Assembly (NCBI GenBank): GCA_964515335.1
Contig: CAZETS010000016.1
Location: 5,744-69,743, forward strand
Source: an uncultured Spirochaetaceae bacterium
GTDB taxonomy: Bacteria > Myxococcota_A > UBA9160 > UBA4427
DNA length: 64,000 bases
Reading direction: 5' to 3'
The notes beneath the pieces were generated by a model. That model saw nothing but the letters and a program-made list of their open reading frames with translations. It did no database searches and had not been told where the DNA came from. The number at the start of each line of letters is the position of its first letter. Position 1 is the stretch's first letter. A program made the position numbers and the translations under genes. This document shows positions 63,457 through 64,000 of this stretch, piece after piece.

Positions 63457-64000
63457 CTACGACGCCTCGCCGGCACCGTCGGCCGGCGGCGGCGCCTCCT
63501 CGCGCATCTCGCGAAGCGGCAGGATCCGCCCCTCGAGGCCTTCCGGCGCCGCGACGCCCAGCTCGGCGGCCAGCGTCGGTGCAATGTCGACCGGCGCGGC
63601 GCTCCCGCGCACCCGGCCCGCCTCGACGCCCGGCCCCATGAAGACCAGCGGCACGTCGCGGTCGTAGTCGTGGGGCGAGCCGTGACTGGTGCCGACGGGC
63701 CACGGCAGGAAGAGGCACCCGTAGGCGGGCTCGATGATCAGGTCGGCCCCGTCGGCCGCGATCCGCGAGGCGCGGTAGAGGCCGAGCATGGGCTCGGACC
63801 CGCGGCTCGCGTCGACGTCGCCGCCGCGCCAGGCCCGGGCCACCCCGGCCTGCTGCTCGAGCCAGGCGTCCGCGACCTCCACCACCCGCTCGAGCGGCGC
63901 ACCGCTCATCGACACCCGCTCGGGCCGCAGGAAGATCTCGTAGCCGTCGCGCAGCATCCACGGCGAGGCCTCGTCGCCTTCGAGACTCGCGGGCGCTGCT
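63457..64000 (-). CDS. Alkaline-phosphatase-superfamily enzyme (type I phosphodiesterase/nucleotide pyrophosphatase-like), C-terminal part; the gene continues beyond the window end
   Basis: TSHGSPHDYDRDVPLVFMGPG...VDIAPTLAAELGV. The frame stays open from 63957 to 64000, so the real start lies outside the window. Confidence 0.7.
   Translation of the reverse strand, partial: AAPASLEGDEASPWMLRDGYEIFLRPERVSMSGAPLERVVEVADAWLEQQAGVARAWRGGDVDASRGSEPMLGLYRASRIAADGADLIIEPAYGCLFLPWPVGTSHGSPHDYDRDVPLVFMGPGVEAGRVRGSAAPVDIAPTLAAELGVAAPEGLEGRILPLREMREEAPPPADGAGEAS

Overview
This is a gene-dense 64-kb chromosomal segment of about 70% GC from a Gram-negative bacterium. Evidence for that includes kdsA, an Omp85-type barrel protein and two sigma-54 promoters. 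FHA/PP2C signalling proteins and Lys/Ala-rich tails on DNA enzymes suggest a myxobacterium-like or deltaproteobacterial lineage, but that taxonomy is inference only. I support about 58 protein genes. I found no rRNA, tRNA, CRISPR array, transposase or integrase. Most long entries in the ORF track are GC-driven shadow ORFs (Arg/Ala/Pro/Gly-rich, antisense to or out of frame with recognisable genes), and I ignored them. Real starts were often internal to the track ORF, or were GTG/TTG codons. Content is mainly housekeeping and metabolism: gor, nth, asd, amtB-glnK, argD, kdsA, murQ, mutS2, xthA, folC, comM, rfbA, several SDRs, and acyl-CoA, aldehyde and quinone oxidoreductases. The items most worth a second look are: (1) a Thr-rich leader peptide with mutually exclusive antiterminator and terminator hairpins in front of asd. 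(2) A complete type IIB topoisomerase VI pair (top6B/top6A) whose subunits both carry histone-H1-like Lys/Ala/Arg N-terminal extensions. It is preceded by a small unknown ORF, a near-consensus sigma-54 promoter and a phased pair of CCGTACGT motifs. (3) An in-frame GH36 alpha-galactosidase-like :: MtnX-type HAD phosphatase fusion, divergent from a homocysteine S-methyltransferase. (4) An NRDE-family gene translationally coupled (TTGA) to a Cys-rich zinc-ribbon gene, behind an AT-rich promoter and a long repeat-containing leader. (5) A promoter/hairpin/U-run candidate small RNA plus a 20-bp hairpin upstream of comM. (6) A truncated rmlC stub marking a rearrangement junction. I cannot claim a clearly new multi-gene system from sequence alone. 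The topo VI locus and the asd attenuator are the best candidates.
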